Notes under the pieces: generated by a model
The model's database searches: none
What the model saw: only the letters and a program-made list of their open reading frames with translations
Told to the model about the DNA's origin: nothing
Origin: Desulfatiglandales bacterium
GTDB taxonomy: Bacteria; Desulfobacterota; DSM-4660; Desulfatiglandales; Desulfatiglandaceae
NCBI GenBank assembly: GCA_963662465.1
Contig: OY759599.1
Span: 3,584,001-3,648,000, forward strand
Reading direction: 5' to 3'
DNA length: 64,000 nucleotides
Shown: positions 59,716-64,000 of the stretch, one piece after another
Position numbering within the stretch: position 1 is the stretch's first letter
How the letters are laid out: each line of letters begins with the position of its first letter
Position numbers and translations under genes: made by a program

Positions 59716-60591
59716 ATGGAGGTTTTTCTGCAAACCCTGGTAGCCGGCATCCTTAAGGGCGGCCTTTACAGCCTGATCGGTATCGGAATGACTTTGATTA
59801 TGGGCGTCATGGGGATCATCAACCTGGCCCACGGGCAACTCATGATGGTGGCCATGTATGTGACCTTTGTGTGTTTTCACTATCTGGGAATCGACCCCTA
59901 CATCACATTGCTGGTCAGTATGCCGACGCTGTTTTTTTTGGGCATGGCCATTCAGAAATTCGCGCTTAATCCCCTGATGGAGGTCGAATCGATCCTTCCG
60001 GAAAACCAGGTGTTGATGACCGTGGGCGTCGGGATGGTGTTGACCGAAATCGCCCGGTTTATCTTTACATCGGATTATAAATCCGTGAGTACCAAATACA
60101 GTAACGCCACTTTCTTCATTGGGAATATTTCGTTCAGCGTCGCCCTGACCATCGCCTTTTTTATTGCCATCCTTTTCACCTTTTTGATGTTCTGGTTCCT
60201 GGTCAAAACGGACCTGGGCAGATCTATCCGAGCAACGGCCCAAGACAAGGACGCCGCCCTGTTAATGGGGGTCAATTCCAAGCGGATCACCACCATGACT
60301 TTCGGCATCGGTTCCGCACTGGTGGCCGCCGCCGGAACCCTGCTCATGCCCATCTACTATCTGTTTCCCGATATTGGCGGGCCATTTACCCGGAAGGCGT
60401 TCGTCATTACCATTCTGGGGGGCCTGGGTTCGACGGTGGGCGCTATTTTCGGCGGGGTGACCCTGGGATTGGCTGAGGCTTTCGGCGCCACTTATATTGG
60501 TATGGCCTTTGACGATATGGTCGGCCTCTTGATCTTCATACTGGTACTCCTCTTCCTGCCCGGCGGATTCAAACGACTAACCAAGATCTAA
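59716..60591 (+). CDS. livH: ABC permease LivH
   Basis: INLAHG, GRSIRATAQD. Confidence 0.9.
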   Translation: MEVFLQTLVAGILKGGLYSLIGIGMTLIMGVMGIINLAHGQLMMVAMYVTFVCFHYLGIDPYITLLVSMPTLFFLGMAIQKFALNPLMEVESILPENQVLMTVGVGMVLTEIARFIFTSDYKSVSTKYSNATFFIGNISFSVALTIAFFIAILFTFLMFWFLVKTDLGRSIRATAQDKDAALLMGVNSKRITTMTFGIGSALVAAAGTLLMPIYYLFPDIGGPFTRKAFVITILGGLGSTVGAIFGGVTLGLAEAFGATYIGMAFDDMVGLLIFILVLLFLPGGFKRLTKI

Positions 60592-60603
60592 GGAGAGCGA
60601 ACC

Positions 60604-61614
60604 ATGAGAAAAATTGCACCGTTAATTTTGCTCGCTGTCCTGCTGGTCTTCCCGCTTCTGGTTCGAGACCATTATTATCAGCACCTGATGATCCTGGTCC
60701 TCATGTGGGTCGTTATCGGGTCGGGATGGAATATTATCGCGGGGTATACGGGGCAGGTATCCTTTGGGGATGCGGCTTTTTTCGGTACCGGCGCCTATAC
60801 AGCGGGACTATTCGCCACCAAACTGGGGATCTCTCCCTGGTGGGGCATGGCTTTCGGCGGAGTAGCCGCCATGGCGGTGGCCTTCCCCTTCGGCTGGATT
60901 ACCTTTCGACTGAGAGGCGCTTATTTTGCGCTCGCCACCCTGGCCCTCAACGAAGTAATGCGGCATATCGCCACCATCTGGGAATCCCTCACGGACGGCA
61001 TGGTAGGCATCCTGATCATCCAGACATTTGTCAGCAAGGTCCCCTATTACTACATTGCGCTGGGGCTGGCCGTTGTATCCGTTCTGAGCATTCAGATCAT
61101 TATGGACTCCCGCTGGGGCTATTATTTTATTTCCATTCGGGAAGACCAGGACGCAGCGGAAAGTCTCGGCATCAATACCCACTACTACAAAATGGTCTCC
61201 TTGAATATCGCCGCTTTCCTCACCGGCATGGCCGGGGCGCTCTATATGAATTACATGGGATTTATCGATCCCGAAGTGGTGTTTTCCCTTCACGACATCT
61301 CCATCATGGCCATCCTGGTGGGTATTGTGGGCGGTGTCGGCACCATCTACGGTCCCGTCATCGGCGCCTTTCTCATGGTGGCCGTCCATGAGTTTTTCAG
61401 GACCGGCTTCTTCGGGTTCTTCAAGGGGCTTGCCGCCATAACAGGATCTAATGCCGTCACTGTTTTTGCCAAGTATGTGAGCCAAGCCCATGTCCTGGGG
61501 TTTGGCATTCTGGTGGTGCTGGTAATCCTTCTACTTCCCAACGGAATTGTGGGGGATTGGCACAAAATCATCTCAAAGCTGTCGCCTTTCAAAAGAAAGG
61601 AGGTCGTGAGTTGA
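60604..61614 (+). CDS. livM: ABC permease LivM
   Basis: GYTGQVSFG, LRGAYFALAT, IREDQDAA. Confidence 0.9.
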   Translation: MRKIAPLILLAVLLVFPLLVRDHYYQHLMILVLMWVVIGSGWNIIAGYTGQVSFGDAAFFGTGAYTAGLFATKLGISPWWGMAFGGVAAMAVAFPFGWITFRLRGAYFALATLALNEVMRHIATIWESLTDGMVGILIIQTFVSKVPYYYIALGLAVVSVLSIQIIMDSRWGYYFISIREDQDAAESLGINTHYYKMVSLNIAAFLTGMAGALYMNYMGFIDPEVVFSLHDISIMAILVGIVGGVGTIYGPVIGAFLMVAVHEFFRTGFFGFFKGLAAITGSNAVTVFAKYVSQAHVLGFGILVVLVILLLPNGIVGDWHKIISKLSPFKRKEVVS

Positions 61615-62336
61615 GCTTTTTCAAGATACAGCATCTGGTAAAATATTTTGGAGGCCTGGCCGCCGTAAACGGTGTCAGTTTTGAAGTGAAACAGGGGGAA
61701 ATATTTGGTCTCATCGGGCCCAACGGCTCAGGCAAAACCACCCTGTTCAACATGATCAGCAATTTTCATCAGCCCACATCCGGGGGCATTTTTTTCAAGG
61801 ACCGGGAAATAACCGGTCTCAAAACCTACAAAATCTGTCGTCTGGGAATCGGCAGAACCTTTCAGGTAGTAAAGCCCCTGGGTCGAATGACGGTGGAAGA
61901 CAATGTCATTGCCGCTGCATTTTCGAGGGTCAAATCCAAACGCGGGGCCCGGGATCTGGCTTTGGAAACCCTTGAGTTCTGCGAATTGGCCCATCGAAAA
62001 AATGTACTGGCCAAAAGCCTTCCCATAGGGGAAAGGAAACGGCTGGAAATCACCCGGGCCATGGCCACCCGACCGCAGTTGCTGCTTCTGGACGAAACCG
62101 CTGCCGGGCTCAACCCTTCCGAAGTGGACGATGCCATCGAACTCATCAAAAAAATCCGTGAGAATGGCACCACCATCATCATCGTGGAGCATATCATGAA
62201 GGTGATCATGACTATTTCGGACCGAATTCACGCTATCAATTTCGGGCAGACCATAGCGGAAGGACCCCCTGGGGAAGTTGCCAACAACAAGAAAGTCATT
62301 GAAGCCTATCTCGGAGAGGAATATGCTCAAGGTTAA
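61611..62336 (+). CDS. livG: ABC ATPase LivG
   Basis: GPNGSGKTT, GRTFQ, LLLDE; probable TTG start. Confidence 0.9.
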   Translation: MSFFKIQHLVKYFGGLAAVNGVSFEVKQGEIFGLIGPNGSGKTTLFNMISNFHQPTSGGIFFKDREITGLKTYKICRLGIGRTFQVVKPLGRMTVEDNVIAAAFSRVKSKRGARDLALETLEFCELAHRKNVLAKSLPIGERKRLEITRAMATRPQLLLLDETAAGLNPSEVDDAIELIKKIRENGTTIIIVEHIMKVIMTISDRIHAINFGQTIAEGPPGEVANNKKVIEAYLGEEYAQG

Positions 62337-63030
62337 CGACATTGATGTCTTTTACGGAGACCTTCAGGTCCTCTGGGATGTGTCTTTTGAGGTGAAAGAA
62401 AAAGAAATCCTCGTGTTGATCGGCGCCAACGGCGCGGGAAAATCGACCACCATCAGAACCATTTCTTCCTTGCTGAGACCCACAAAAGGGAGTATTAAAT
62501 TTAACGGGACCCTCATCAATGGGTCGCCGCCACACAAAATCATCGAACACGGCATTGTTCACGTACCGGAGGGAAGACGCCTGTTTTCCGAAATGAGCGT
62601 GGAGGAAAACCTGATTATGGGCTCCCTGGCAAAGAAGGCCAAACAACACCGCCAGAAAACCATGCAGCATGTATTTGAGCTTTTTCCAAGAATGAAGGAA
62701 AGGCGGAAGCAGTCTGCAGGCACCCTTTCAGGGGGCGAACAGCAGATGCTCGCCATCGGTCGGGGCCTCATGAGTCTGCCCAAGCTGATGATGTTCGATG
62801 AACCCTCCCTGGGTCTAGCGCCCATCCTGGTCCATGATATTTTTGAGATGATCAAGCGGATCAATCGCGAGGAAGGGGTCACCATCCTTCTGGTGGAGCA
62901 GAATGTCAGGCAGACCCTTGCCATGTGCCATCGCGCCTATGCCCTTGAAAACGGTCGGGTCGTGCTGGAAGGCTCGGGGAAAGAACTGTTGGCGAATAAA
63001 CACGTAAAAGAAGCGTATCTGGGAATTTAG
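62323..63030 (+). CDS. livF: ABC ATPase LivF
   Basis: GANGAGKST, VPEGRR, LSGGEQQMLA, DEPSLGL. Confidence 0.92.
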   Translation: MLKVNDIDVFYGDLQVLWDVSFEVKEKEILVLIGANGAGKSTTIRTISSLLRPTKGSIKFNGTLINGSPPHKIIEHGIVHVPEGRRLFSEMSVEENLIMGSLAKKAKQHRQKTMQHVFELFPRMKERRKQSAGTLSGGEQQMLAIGRGLMSLPKLMMFDEPSLGLAPILVHDIFEMIKRINREEGVTILLVEQNVRQTLAMCHRAYALENGRVVLEGSGKELLANKHVKEAYLGI

Positions 63031-63043
63031 GGGAGAATATAAA

Positions 63044-64000
63044 ATGAAAAAAGCGTTTGTTTTGAAAATTTTCCGTCACCATGTCGCTGCCATGCTAACC
63101 CTTTTGTTGATTATTTTGGCAGCCGGTTGCGGCAATGATTCTTCCGAACCCTCTTCAGAGTCGAAGCTGCCATTGGTGATCATTTCTGATGTTCATTTTA
63201 CGCCTTTTTACGATACAACCATTTTTGATGATCTGTTCAATGCACCTGTTGAGGACTGGGTTCATATTTTTGAGAACTCAAGTGTAACCGATCTTTCATC
63301 ATGGGGGCAGGAAACCAATTATCCCCTTTTGAAACAGACTTTGGAGGCCGCGGGCCAAAGTGGGAGGACGGGTCAGGCGGTTATATTTTTAGGTGACATC
63401 CTGGCCCACAAATTTCCTGAAACCTTCTTTCAACTCTATGGCGAAGAAGACCATGAAGCATTGCGTTCTTTCGTCTATAAGAGCGTGGTCTTTTTCGCAG
63501 CCCAGGTACGTGAACGATTGGGCAATGTTCCGGTGATGTTTACCCTGGGCAACAATGATTCCTACGCGGGCGACTACCTGCTGGTTTCCGGCGGGGCATT
63601 TCTGGCCGACACGGCCGAGCCATTTTACAATACATTGCTTCTCGGCCAGGCGGATTGGGAAACTTATTTCAGCACCTATTCCACCGGTGGATATTTTGTC
63701 GCGGAACCTCCCGACGCAAAGGTTCTGTTTGTGTGCTTGAACAGTGTGCTTTTTTCAAACCACAGGAGCGAAGAGTGTACGGATGACGCCGACAATGTCC
63801 CCGGGGCGCAACTTGACTGGCTGGAACAAGTCCTGGAAAAAGCTCGTGAGGACGGAAAGAAAGTCTTTCTGGTCACCCATATTCCCACCGGAATGAGCAT
63901 TTACAGTACGGTTAAAACCTATATGGACGCGAGCGGAAAAATTTCCGATGCCGACGTATTTTGGAAGGAATCCTGTCAAAGTCGATTTCTCGATATATGC
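63044..64000 (+). CDS. Metallophosphoesterase lipoprotein (acid-sphingomyelinase-like), runs off the window
   Basis: Manual translation: lipobox LAAGC, SDVH, GDILAH, GNND, THIP; no stop before 64000, so absent from the ORF track. Confidence 0.75.
   Translation, partial: MKKAFVLKIFRHHVAAMLTLLLIILAAGCGNDSSEPSSESKLPLVIISDVHFTPFYDTTIFDDLFNAPVEDWVHIFENSSVTDLSSWGQETNYPLLKQTLEAAGQSGRTGQAVIFLGDILAHKFPETFFQLYGEEDHEALRSFVYKSVVFFAAQVRERLGNVPVMFTLGNNDSYAGDYLLVSGGAFLADTAEPFYNTLLLGQADWETYFSTYSTGGYFVAEPPDAKVLFVCLNSVLFSNHRSEECTDDADNVPGAQLDWLEQVLEKAREDGKKVFLVTHIPTGMSIYSTVKTYMDASGKISDADVFWKESCQSRFLDIC

Overview
A 64-kb chromosomal window, probably from an anaerobic Desulfobacterota-type bacterium (inferred from gene content, not proven). 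The left 25 kb is accessory DNA. (i) A 4.7-kb IS21-family element (315-5039; CTT...AAG ends, 7-bp target duplication) carries Zn-finger-like, HTH-like and ParB genes ahead of istA-istB and is inserted in another transposase gene. (ii) A response regulator/PilB/MglA cluster follows. (iii) The main feature is a multi-target diversity-generating retroelement (DGR) on the minus strand: DUF1566/Lcl target 1, avd, TR, reverse transcriptase fused to a MutS-domain-I-like module, and a 1504-aa secreted target 2 whose variable region is N-terminal; a third, decayed target lies downstream. All TR/VR mismatches I counted (16 and 22 over 105 nt) fall on TR adenines. The DGR looks inactivated: the TR 3' end and RT N-terminus are deleted and an ISNCY-like element sits at the junction. 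It is flanked by three near-identical Rpn (PD-(D/E)xK) genes with putative internal starts, by REP doublets, and by a diverged duplicate of the 3' end of the neighbouring enoyl-CoA hydratase gene. The rest is metabolic and housekeeping DNA: an acyl-CoA catabolic cluster with TRAP transporter and two carboxyltransferases, a candidate structured RNA, HK/FHA/kinase signalling, a putative arginine synthetase plus carbamate kinase, an Hsp20 pair, OmpA, USP, an aspS-gatC fusion with gatA/gatB, uppP-DUF368, a liv ABC transporter and a truncated metallophosphoesterase. Family assignments come from motif recognition by eye; no database searches were run.
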